Assembly: GCA_036396955.1 (NCBI GenBank)
Contig: DASWJW010000235.1
Location: forward strand, 1 to 54,767
DNA: 54,767 bases
From: Planctomycetota bacterium
GTDB lineage: Bacteria; Planctomycetota; UBA1135
Reading direction: 5' to 3'
Position numbers and translations under genes: made by a program
Notes under the pieces: model-generated
The model's database searches: none
What the model was told of the DNA's origin: nothing
Seen by the model: the letters and a program-made list of their open reading frames with translations, nothing else
In this document: positions 1-8,061 of the stretch, piece by piece
Numbering within the stretch: position 1 is the stretch's first letter
How the letters are laid out: each line of letters opens with the position of its first letter

Positions 1-24
1 CCTCCCAATGGGCAGAATGCCCGC

Positions 25-1080
25 ATGAGTGGGGATTCGTCGTACGAGCCGCAGTTGGCGGCGCCGGTCGAGGAGGAGTTCGAGAGGACTCTCCGACCCC
101 GCGACTTCCAGGAATTCCTGGGCCAGGAGGCTCTCCTGGAGCCCCTCCAGGTGATGATCCAGGCCGCGACCGGTCGCGAAGAAGTCCTGGAGCACCTCCT
201 CTTCGCCGGCCAGCCGGGCCTCGGCAAGACCAGCCTCGCGCTCGCCCTTGCCAGTGAGATCGGCCGTCCGCTCAAGATCACCAGCGGCCCGGCGCTCGAG
301 CGCGCCAAGGATCTGGTCGGAATCCTGTCCGGCCTCGAGCGCGGCACGGTGCTCTTCATCGACGAGATCCATCGCTTGCCGCGCGTGGTCGAAGAGTACC
401 TCTACGGCGCCATGGAGCGCTTCCAGCTGGAGTTCACTCTCGACCAGGGCGTGCACGCGCGGCTCCTCAAGCTCGAACTCCAGCCCTTCACGCTGGTCGG
501 CGCGACCACCCGCGAAGCCATGCTCACCGGTGCCTTCCGCTCTCGCTTCGGACATGTCCTGCACTTCGAACCGTATTCGGACGACGCGTTGCAGCGGATC
601 CTCGAACGATCCGCGGGCTTGCTCGGTGTCGCGGCCGATCCTGCCGCCCTCGCCGAACTCGCTAGCCGTTCGCGCGGCGTGCCGCGGATCGCCAACCGCC
701 TGCTGCGCCGCGCCCGCGACGTCGCGCAGGTGGAACAGGCTTCCCGGCTCGACCTCCGCGTGGTCGCGCGCGCGCTCGACCTGCTCGACATCGACGCGCA
801 CGGACTCGAGCGCACCGACCGCCGCCTGCTCGAGGTCCTGGCGCGTTCCGGCGGCCGTCCGCAAGGCCTCAAGACCCTCGCCGTCGCGGTCGGCGAAGCC
901 GAAGACACGCTGGAGGACGTCTACGAACCCTGGTTGATCCGCCAAGGCTGGATCGCACGAACGCCGCAAGGCCGCGTGCTGCAGGACGCCGGCTGGCGAC
1001 TCCTCGGACTCGAGCCGCCCGCCGCCGCCAACGCCTCGGCGGCGACTCTTCCGGGCCTGGACGCCCGGCACGGCGGCTGA
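25..1080 (+). CDS. ruvB: Holliday junction branch migration DNA helicase RuvB
   Basis: Walker A motif GQPGLGKTS, Walker B FIDEIHRL, and RuvB-type N-terminal LRPRDFQEFLGQE. Length of 351 aa is typical. Confidence 0.95.
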   Translation: MSGDSSYEPQLAAPVEEEFERTLRPRDFQEFLGQEALLEPLQVMIQAATGREEVLEHLLFAGQPGLGKTSLALALASEIGRPLKITSGPALERAKDLVGILSGLERGTVLFIDEIHRLPRVVEEYLYGAMERFQLEFTLDQGVHARLLKLELQPFTLVGATTREAMLTGAFRSRFGHVLHFEPYSDDALQRILERSAGLLGVAADPAALAELASRSRGVPRIANRLLRRARDVAQVEQASRLDLRVVARALDLLDIDAHGLERTDRRLLEVLARSGGRPQGLKTLAVAVGEAEDTLEDVYEPWLIRQGWIARTPQGRVLQDAGWRLLGLEPPAAANASAATLPGLDARHGG

Positions 1081-1088
1081 GGTCTTCG

Positions 1089-2300
1089 ATGCGGCTGCGC
1101 ACCCGCCTGTTCTTCTTCCTGGTCCCCCTCGCGCTGCTCTGGAGCGCGAGCGTGTGGCTCGGGGGCGGCGTGGAAGGCGCCGAGCGCGGCAAGCTTGGCG
1201 CGGTCGTGAACCCGACGGTCGCCGTGCGGCTCGAAGAGCACCTGGGCAGCGACGGTGTCGACTTGCGCCTGCGTGGCAGCTGGCGAATGCTGCGCGCCGA
1301 CGGCAAGGTCCTGCACCAAGGCACCGAATTCGAAGGCCGGCTCGCCGTCGACGCCAGCGGCGCTCGCGTCGGCGCGTGGCGGCCGCGGGTCGACCGCTTC
1401 CGCCTGGAGGCCGACGGCGACGCCGCGGTCGGGATCGCCGACCGCTGGTACCGCGGCAAACTGGACGTGCGCGTGCTCAGATCGGGCACGACCGGATTGC
1501 CGAGCGGCCTCGACTTGCGCTTGGAGCTGCCGCTCGAGGACTACGTGGTCGGCGTGGTCTGCGGCGAAATGCCGACCGGCAAGGCCGAGGCCGCCGGGGC
1601 GCTGAGCGCGCAAGCGGTCGCCGCGCGCACCTACGCGCTGTACCGCTTGCGCGCGGGCCGCGAATTCCTGCGCGACGACGCGCGCGACCAGCGCTTCCTC
1701 GGCGTCGATTTCGAGACCGAGGCCGCACGCGTCGCGGTGCGCGAGTCCTTGGGCCAGGTGTTGTTCTGGGACGGCGAGCTGCTGCCCGCTTACTACCACG
1801 CCCAATGCGCCGGCCACACCGCCGATGCCGCGGCGCTCGGCTTCGTGAAACGCGGCATCGCGCCGCTCGCCGGCGTCGATGACCCGGGCTGCCGCGACCC
1901 GTACGGCTGGGAGCAGACCGTTCCCGCCGCGCATCTCGACCGGCTCGCGCGCGAGCACGAACTGGGGACTTGGGTGCAGCGCATCGAGATCCGCGAGCGC
2001 GGCGCCGGCGGCCGCTGCGTCAGCGCGCGCGTGAGCGGCGACCTGCGCATGCAGCACTTCCGCGGCGAGGACTTGCGGCCCTGGCTCGACCTGCCCTCGA
2101 CCGTGTGGCGCGATCTGCTGCCGACCGAGGACGGGTCGCTCACCGTGCGCGGCGCCGGCCGCGGCCACGGAGTCGGCATGTGCCAGGAGGGCGCGCTGCG
2201 CCGCGCGCGCAACGGGATGACGGCCGAGGAAATCCTGGGCCATTACTATCCCGGCGCCGTGCTGCGTTTCCTCCTCGAACCCGGCACCGCGGCGCTTTGA
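1089..2300 (+). CDS. SpoIID/LytB domain-containing protein (secreted)
   Basis: N-terminal signal-like hydrophobic segment. SpoIID-type motifs are present (AQAVAARTYALYR, YYHAQCAGHT, GHGVGMCQEGA). Confidence 0.85.
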   Translation: MRLRTRLFFFLVPLALLWSASVWLGGGVEGAERGKLGAVVNPTVAVRLEEHLGSDGVDLRLRGSWRMLRADGKVLHQGTEFEGRLAVDASGARVGAWRPRVDRFRLEADGDAAVGIADRWYRGKLDVRVLRSGTTGLPSGLDLRLELPLEDYVVGVVCGEMPTGKAEAAGALSAQAVAARTYALYRLRAGREFLRDDARDQRFLGVDFETEAARVAVRESLGQVLFWDGELLPAYYHAQCAGHTADAAALGFVKRGIAPLAGVDDPGCRDPYGWEQTVPAAHLDRLAREHELGTWVQRIEIRERGAGGRCVSARVSGDLRMQHFRGEDLRPWLDLPSTVWRDLLPTEDGSLTVRGAGRGHGVGMCQEGALRRARNGMTAEEILGHYYPGAVLRFLLEPGTAAL

Positions 2301-3490
2301 GTTCCGGTTTCACCCTCCACCTGCCCGCCCCGGCGGCGGGCGCGGCGCTGGGACCGCGGCGCGGCGAGCTGCGCACTCCGCACGGGACCGTGCAGACGCC
2401 CGGATTCATGCCGGTCGCAACCCGCGGCATGCTGCGCGGCATTGCGCCCGACCGCCTCGGCCCTCTGGGCGCGCAGATCCTGCTCGCCAACGCGTTCCAC
2501 CTGTACGCCCGGCCCGGCGTCGAAGTCGTCCGGCAGCTCGGCGGAGTGCACGGCATGCTCGCGTGGCACGGACCGGTGCTCACCGACTCGGGCGGCTTCC
2601 AGGTGTTCAGCCTCGCGGCGCTCGACGACGTCGACGTCGACGGCGTGCGCGTCGACCATCCGGTCCACGGCGGCAAGATCTTCTGGACTCCGCGTCTTGC
2701 GTTCGAAGCCCAGCGCGACCTCGGTCCCGACGTCGCGATGGTGCTGGACGTTTGCCCCGCCGACCCCCAGGCGCGCGGGCCGGTCCAAGCGGCGGTCGAG
2801 CAGACGCTCGCGTGGGCGCGCATCCAGCGCGACCTGCATGCGGAGCGCGGCGGCGCGGACTCCGGGCAAGCGCTGTTCGGCATCGTCCAGGGGGGCGTGT
2901 TCGCCGACCTTCGCGAACGCTGCGCCAAGGAACTCGTGGCGCTCGACTTCGACGGCTACGCGGTCGGCGGAGTCAGCGTGGGCGAAAGCCACGAGCTGAT
3001 GATGACCGCGGTCGAAGCCTCGATTCCGCACCTTCCGGTCGGGAAAGTGCGCTACTTGATGGGGGTCGGCACGCCACGCGACCTGGTGGAAGCCGTCGCG
3101 CGCGGCGTCGATCTCTTCGACTGCGTGTTTCCGACCCGCGCGGGCCGCTTCGGCACCGCGCTGACGTGGGACGGCCGCCTGCACCTGCTCAACGCCCGCC
3201 ACCGCGCCGACACCGCGCCGATCGAGCCCGGCTGTCCGTGTGCCGCTTGCGCCAGCGGCGTGCCGCGCGGCGCGCTCCGCGCGGGCTTCAAGGCCAAGGA
3301 GCTGCTCCCCCCGGTGCTGGTCTCGCTGCACAACCTGCATTTCATCCTCGAACTCATGCGCCGCATCCGTGCCGCCCTCGACGACGGCGGGTTCGAGGCG
3401 CTCCGCGCCCGCGTCGGCGCCGCCTACCCGCCGCGCCATGAAGGGCCGACGCCGGCCGCGCGCGACGAACGCGCTCCCCGCGCGCCCTAG
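2297..3490 (+). CDS. tgt: tRNA-guanine(34) transglycosylase (queuine tRNA-ribosyltransferase)
   Basis: Motifs TPHGTVQTPGFMPV, LANAFHL, TDSGGFQVFSL and the Zn-site region CxCxxC (CPCAAC). An in-frame TTG at 2297 overlaps the upstream stop (TTGA). The part of the tracked ORF upstream of it (from 1970) is R-rich and overlaps the SpoIID gene. Confidence 0.9.
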   Translation: MSSGFTLHLPAPAAGAALGPRRGELRTPHGTVQTPGFMPVATRGMLRGIAPDRLGPLGAQILLANAFHLYARPGVEVVRQLGGVHGMLAWHGPVLTDSGGFQVFSLAALDDVDVDGVRVDHPVHGGKIFWTPRLAFEAQRDLGPDVAMVLDVCPADPQARGPVQAAVEQTLAWARIQRDLHAERGGADSGQALFGIVQGGVFADLRERCAKELVALDFDGYAVGGVSVGESHELMMTAVEASIPHLPVGKVRYLMGVGTPRDLVEAVARGVDLFDCVFPTRAGRFGTALTWDGRLHLLNARHRADTAPIEPGCPCAACASGVPRGALRAGFKAKELLPPVLVSLHNLHFILELMRRIRAALDDGGFEALRARVGAAYPPRHEGPTPAARDERAPRAP

Positions 3491-3497
3491 CCGCAGG

Positions 3498-5279
3498 CTA
3501 TCGGGCCGGCGCCGGCCGGCGCAGCGCGACGACCACGGCGCCGCCGACGCCAAGGCCGATCGCCACCAGCAGGATCGCGATCGACAGCAGCAGGGTCTCT
3601 CCGCGCGTGGCAAAGTCGAAGATCTCGACTGTGAGCGCGCCGAGCGTGTTGAGCACCATGAACACGGCGGGCAACGCCAGCGGCCAGAAATTGCGGCCCG
3701 CCTGCTTGAGATAGACGGTGGCGGTGAGGAGCGCAAGACCGGCGATCAGCTGGTTGGTGCTCCCGAACAGCGTCCACAGCGCGAGCCCGGCCGACACCGT
3801 GCGCGTGCCGCCGGCGCCGTCGGGGACTTGCAGCTCGTAGAACGCGAAGAAGCCGATCGCGGCGGCGGCGGCGCCCGTGGCGAGGAAGCGGTTGCGGAAC
3901 AAGGCCGCCACCGGTGCGAGCCGCGTGCGGGATAGCGATTCGGCGATTTCTTCCACGTTGAAGCGCAGCAGCCGAGTCGCCGAATCCAGCGTGGTCAGCG
4001 CGAAGCTCACCACGACCATCGCCACGAGCGTGACGGCGAGATCGTGCGACACGCCGAGCTCCTCGATGAACGACGCCGCGCCGCGGATGAAGACGCCGAG
4101 CTTGGGTCCGAGCCCTTGCATCGAGCCCCAGTTCAGGTACACCCTGGCCCACGCGTCCTTGCCGCCGAGCGTGGTCGTGCACGCGAGCACGGCCATCAGG
4201 CCGAGCAGCGATTCGCCGATCATGCCGCCGTAGCCGATCGGCCGGGCGTGCGTCTCCTTGTCGAGCTGCCGCGCGGTCGTGCCGCTGGCGACCAGCGAAT
4301 GGAAACCGCTCGCCGCGCCGCAAGCGATGGTGATAAACACGAACGGGAAGATCGGCGGCGCACCGACCGGATCCGGATTGATCGCCGGCGCGTCGAAACT
4401 CGGTCCGATCAGGAAGAAACCGAGATACATGAGCCCCAGCCCCAGTGCGAGCAGCAAGGAGTTGAGGAAATCGCGCGCCTGCAGCAGCAGCCATACCGGC
4501 AGGACCGACGCGGCGTACGCGTAGCCCAGCAGGATCCAGACCCAGGCGGCCTTGCCCGGCCATGCCGAAGCGTCCGCAACGCCGAGAGTCGGCACGCGGT
4601 AGCCCAGGTAGATCACGCCTAGCAGCAGGCCGAAGCCGACCAGCGTCACCGGGCCGAGCGGCTTGCCCTTCACGTACAGGAGCCAGCCGGCTCCCACTGC
4701 CAGGACCATCAGCGCGGCGGACGGCAGCACGACTTCCGGGAAGGAAGTGCTCGCGCCGGCGAGCGTTTCCGGGCCGAATTCCACGAGCGTTGGCGGCAGG
4801 TCCGCCCCCCACGAGAACAGCAGCGAGAGGACTTCGACGAAGACTCCCATCGCGAGCGCGACACCGAAGAAGATCAGCGCGAGGAACAAGCCCTTGGCGA
4901 GCGGGCCGAGCAGGTGCTCGCACAGCGAACCGATCGACTGGCCGCGGTGGCGCGCCGACAGGACCAGCGCCGAGAAGTCGTGGACGCAGCCGATCAGAAG
5001 GGAGCCAAACACGACCCAGAGAAGAGCCGGCAGCCAGCCCCAGAACACCGCGACCGCCGGCCCCAGCATGGGCGCGAGACCGGCGATCGAGGCGAAGTGG
5101 TGCCCGAACAGCACCACCGGCCGGGTCGGCACGAAATCGATGCCGTCCTGGCGCGCATGCGCCGGAGTGACTGCGTCCGGATCGAGCCGGAACACCCGGC
5201 GCGCCAGCCACCCGCCGTAATAGCGGTAGCCGGCGGCGTAGACGCCGAACGCGAGGAGGGCGACGAGGAAAGGCGTCAT
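3498..5279 (-). CDS. cstA: carbon starvation protein A family transporter
   Basis: Polytopic membrane protein. The N-terminal signature YRYYGGWLARRVFRLD...GHHFASIAGLAPMLGP is typical of CstA. Confidence 0.9.
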   Translation of the reverse strand: MTPFLVALLAFGVYAAGYRYYGGWLARRVFRLDPDAVTPAHARQDGIDFVPTRPVVLFGHHFASIAGLAPMLGPAVAVFWGWLPALLWVVFGSLLIGCVHDFSALVLSARHRGQSIGSLCEHLLGPLAKGLFLALIFFGVALAMGVFVEVLSLLFSWGADLPPTLVEFGPETLAGASTSFPEVVLPSAALMVLAVGAGWLLYVKGKPLGPVTLVGFGLLLGVIYLGYRVPTLGVADASAWPGKAAWVWILLGYAYAASVLPVWLLLQARDFLNSLLLALGLGLMYLGFFLIGPSFDAPAINPDPVGAPPIFPFVFITIACGAASGFHSLVASGTTARQLDKETHARPIGYGGMIGESLLGLMAVLACTTTLGGKDAWARVYLNWGSMQGLGPKLGVFIRGAASFIEELGVSHDLAVTLVAMVVVSFALTTLDSATRLLRFNVEEIAESLSRTRLAPVAALFRNRFLATGAAAAAIGFFAFYELQVPDGAGGTRTVSAGLALWTLFGSTNQLIAGLALLTATVYLKQAGRNFWPLALPAVFMVLNTLGALTVEIFDFATRGETLLLSIAILLVAIGLGVGGAVVVALRRPAPAR

Positions 5280-5370
5280 GGTTGCCGTGAGGCAGCCGGC
5301 GCAGTTTGCCCGCGCCCGGACGCACCTTCAAACCGCCGCGCTGGCCGCCTATGCTGGACCGCCGGCCGCC

Positions 5371-6669
5371 ATGGAGTTCCTTCTCGCCGTTCTCGGACTC
5401 GCCCTGGGCACCCTGCTGGGTTACCTGTGGGGCCGCGCCCGCGCCGGCGCCGAGACCGCCGCCGCACGCGAGGCGCTCGCCACTCGCAGCGCCGAACTCG
5501 AGGCGGCCCGACAGGGCGCCGCCGAACGCGAGGCCTTCCTCGCCAGGGCGCGCGAGGATCTCGAGAACGCATTCGGCAACCTCGCGGCCAAGGCCTTGAA
5601 CGCCAACAACGAGGCCTTCCTCGCCCACGCCGAGGAACGGCTCGAGGCCAAGAACAAGCAGAGCACCGGCGAGTTCAAGAAGGACAAGGAAGCGATCGAG
5701 AACCGCCTCAAGGAGATGGGCGAGGCGCTCGTCACGGTGCGCGGCCAGCACAAGTCGCTCGACGACAACCTCAAGTCCTTCGGCGCCGTGGTCAGCGATC
5801 TTGGACGCGAGAGCCATGCGCTCTCCACCGCCTTGCGCGGCAGCAGCCAGGCGCGCGGCAACTGGGGCGAGCTCCATTTGCGCAACCTGATCGAGATCGC
5901 CGGCATGAGCGAGCACTGCGATTTCGTCGAGCAGCGCGGCACCGGCGAACTGCGCCCCGACATGGTGGTGCGGCTGTCGGGCGGCGACGGCATTCCCATC
6001 GACGCCAAGGCGCCGCTCGCCGCGTACCTGGACGGGCTCGAGGCCGCGGACCCCGCCGCGCAGCGCGAACTGTTCAAGAAGCACGCCACCGAGTTGAAGA
6101 AGCACGTCCGCGATCTCGAGAAGCGCGAGTACCACGGCGGCACGGCGATCGCCGGCTCGATCGACTTCACCGTGCTCTACCTGCCCGGCGAACCGATCCT
6201 CGCGGCGGCCCTCCAATACGACCGCGAATTGCAGGAATACGCGCTCTCGCGGCGCATCCTGCTCGCCACCCCGGTGACCCTGTTCGCTCTGCTCAAGACG
6301 GTCGGCATCTACTGGCGGCAGCAGGCCGTCGCCGAGAACGCCGAGAAGGTCTTTGAAGTTGCCCGCGTCTTCTACGACCGCGTGCGGGTGTTCGCCGACC
6401 ACCTCGGCAAGGTGGGCCGGGGTCTCGACCTCGCCGTGACCAGCTACAACCGCGCCGTCGGAAGCTTCGACCAGATGGTGATCCCGCAAGGCCGCCGGAT
6501 CGAAGGCTTGAAGGCGATCGAGAGCGCCAAGACGCTCGTGGCCCCGGCCAGCGTCGAGGCGGCCGTGCGCAACGCGGCTCCGCGCGTCGCCGACGCGGCG
6601 GCGCTGACCGAAAGCGAGGGCGAGGGCGACGGCGCGGCCGGCGGCACCCTCGAGTTCGAAGCCGGCTAG
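5371..6669 (+). CDS. rmuC: DNA recombination protein RmuC
   Basis: N-terminal TM helix, a long coiled coil, then an RmuC nuclease-like core (GNWGELHLRNLIE, DFTVLYLPGE). ATG at 5371 chosen because it directly precedes the TM helix. Confidence 0.88.
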   Translation: MEFLLAVLGLALGTLLGYLWGRARAGAETAAAREALATRSAELEAARQGAAEREAFLARAREDLENAFGNLAAKALNANNEAFLAHAEERLEAKNKQSTGEFKKDKEAIENRLKEMGEALVTVRGQHKSLDDNLKSFGAVVSDLGRESHALSTALRGSSQARGNWGELHLRNLIEIAGMSEHCDFVEQRGTGELRPDMVVRLSGGDGIPIDAKAPLAAYLDGLEAADPAAQRELFKKHATELKKHVRDLEKREYHGGTAIAGSIDFTVLYLPGEPILAAALQYDRELQEYALSRRILLATPVTLFALLKTVGIYWRQQAVAENAEKVFEVARVFYDRVRVFADHLGKVGRGLDLAVTSYNRAVGSFDQMVIPQGRRIEGLKAIESAKTLVAPASVEAAVRNAAPRVADAAALTESEGEGDGAAGGTLEFEAG

Positions 6670-6673
6670 GGTC

Positions 6674-8038
6674 TCAGCGCCGGCTGCGCGGCGGGACGGC
6701 TTCTCCGTTCACCGGTACGCGGATCCTGATGTCGCGCCGCAGATAGACGCATTCGCCGTGGACGTCTTCGCAGACGTAGTAGGTGGCGTAGCCGCGCAAT
6801 TCGGCGATCCCCGACGGCGCGTCGGCGGGCACGCGCAGCTCGAGTTCGAGCAGGCGGGTTTCGCTGCTGGTGGCCGCGTCCTCGGGCAGCGGAGCGGAGA
6901 GTTCCGAAGCCGACTGCGTCCATCCTTCCGGAGCCCCGACCCAGGCTTGCAGCAGCCCCGCATCGTTGCTCCAGTGCACGCGTGCGCCCGCATTGGGCTC
7001 GAAGTACAGATACACGCGCACGGCCTGCCCGGGACGCACCGGGGTCGGCGCGAGCACGGGCGTGAATGCGACCAGACGGCGGTCGTCGCGCGGCAGGCGG
7101 CCTTCGGGGTCGGGGCCGGCCAAGGCGGGCGCCGCCGCGAAGTCGCGCACCGCCTGCGCAAGTTCCGAACCCTCGGGTTCGGCGCCGAGCGGATGCGGGG
7201 CTTCGCCGCGCGCGGAGATCTCCGCGCGGGCCGTCGGCACCCAGTCGTAGAACGGATACGGCTTGTCGAGAGTCGGCCCGTACTGCTGCAGACGCCGCCT
7301 CCAGATGTAGTTCGAAGGATCGAGGTCGAGCGCCCTGGTCCACGCCGCGACGGCGCGCTGGAAGTCGCTCGCGCGGCGCCCGTCGGAATCATGGCGGGCG
7401 CGGAAGGCGCAGCCGAGGCGGAACCAATTCAACGCGTTCTTCCGATCGCTGCTGGCGAGATAGCCGAAGCGCTCCACCGCCTGGTCCCACTCGCCAGCCA
7501 GGAAGTGGCCGACGGCGACGTCCTCGTGCGGCGGCGCTGCGGCCGCGGCGGGCGGCGGATACTCGGTGGCGAGGAACTCCCCTGTCAACCACTCCATGGT
7601 CGGGCGTTCGCTCCGGAGCACGCCGTGCTCGTCGACCGCCCAGAACAGCGGCACGGCGGACACGCCGATCCGGTTGAGCGAATCGACCAGGATCGGGAAG
7701 TCCATCTGCTTCCACTGCAGGAACAGCGCGCAGCGTTCGGGGTGCTGCTCCTGGATCAGGCCGACCATTTGCAGGTCGCCGCGCTCGCGGAGTTCTCTCG
7801 TCTGCTCGTACCAGACCGGTACGTGGCGGCGGCAACCCGCTCACCACGAAGCGAATTGCACCAGCAGGAGCTTGCGCCCCCGGAAGGCCGCAAGGCTCGC
7901 ACGCTCCTCCGTACCGAACCGAGGAAACTCGAAGCCCGGAAACGGCGCGCCGACCTGCGGCACGAGCGCCGCGGCCGGCTCCTGGGCGGCCGCCGCCTGC
8001 GGAGCGGCCAGCAGTAGGAGAAGAAACGCCGCGACCAT
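6674..8038 (-). CDS. predicted selenoprotein: secreted TlpA/redoxin-like thioredoxin-fold domain (UxxC) fused to TPR-like and DsbD-alpha-like C-terminal modules, requiring UGA(7841..7843) readthrough as Sec
   Basis: ORFs 7841..8038 and 6674..7768 are in the same frame, separated only by TGA. The joined translation reads ...FRGRKLLLVQFASW-U-AGCRRHVPVWYEQ..., the canonical FWASWCxxC context. A signal peptide is present only in the upstream piece. Confidence 0.7.
7807..7823 (-). promoter_or_regulatory. candidate bacterial SECIS apical hairpin (CGUACC-GGUCU-GGUACG)
   Basis: Perfect 6-bp stem with loop GGUCU. The stem starts 17 nt after the UGA and the loop 23 nt after it. The loop resembles the GGUC(U) apical loop of E. 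coli fdhF SECIS. Confidence 0.45.
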
Positions 8039-8061
8039 GCAGCGAGTCTAGCGGCGGCGCG

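Noticed and set aside
3487-6489. 1000-aa minus-strand ORF spanning the cstA and rmuC regions. Similar giant ORFs occur at 14572..17859 (+), 22516..25464 (-), 26125..28341 (-), 9884..11860 (+) and 44884..47055 (+).
   Set aside because: Their translations are dominated by Arg/Pro/Gly/Ala runs with no recognisable motifs. They overlap genes with clear family signatures in another frame or strand. Long stop-free wrong frames are expected in ~70% GC DNA.
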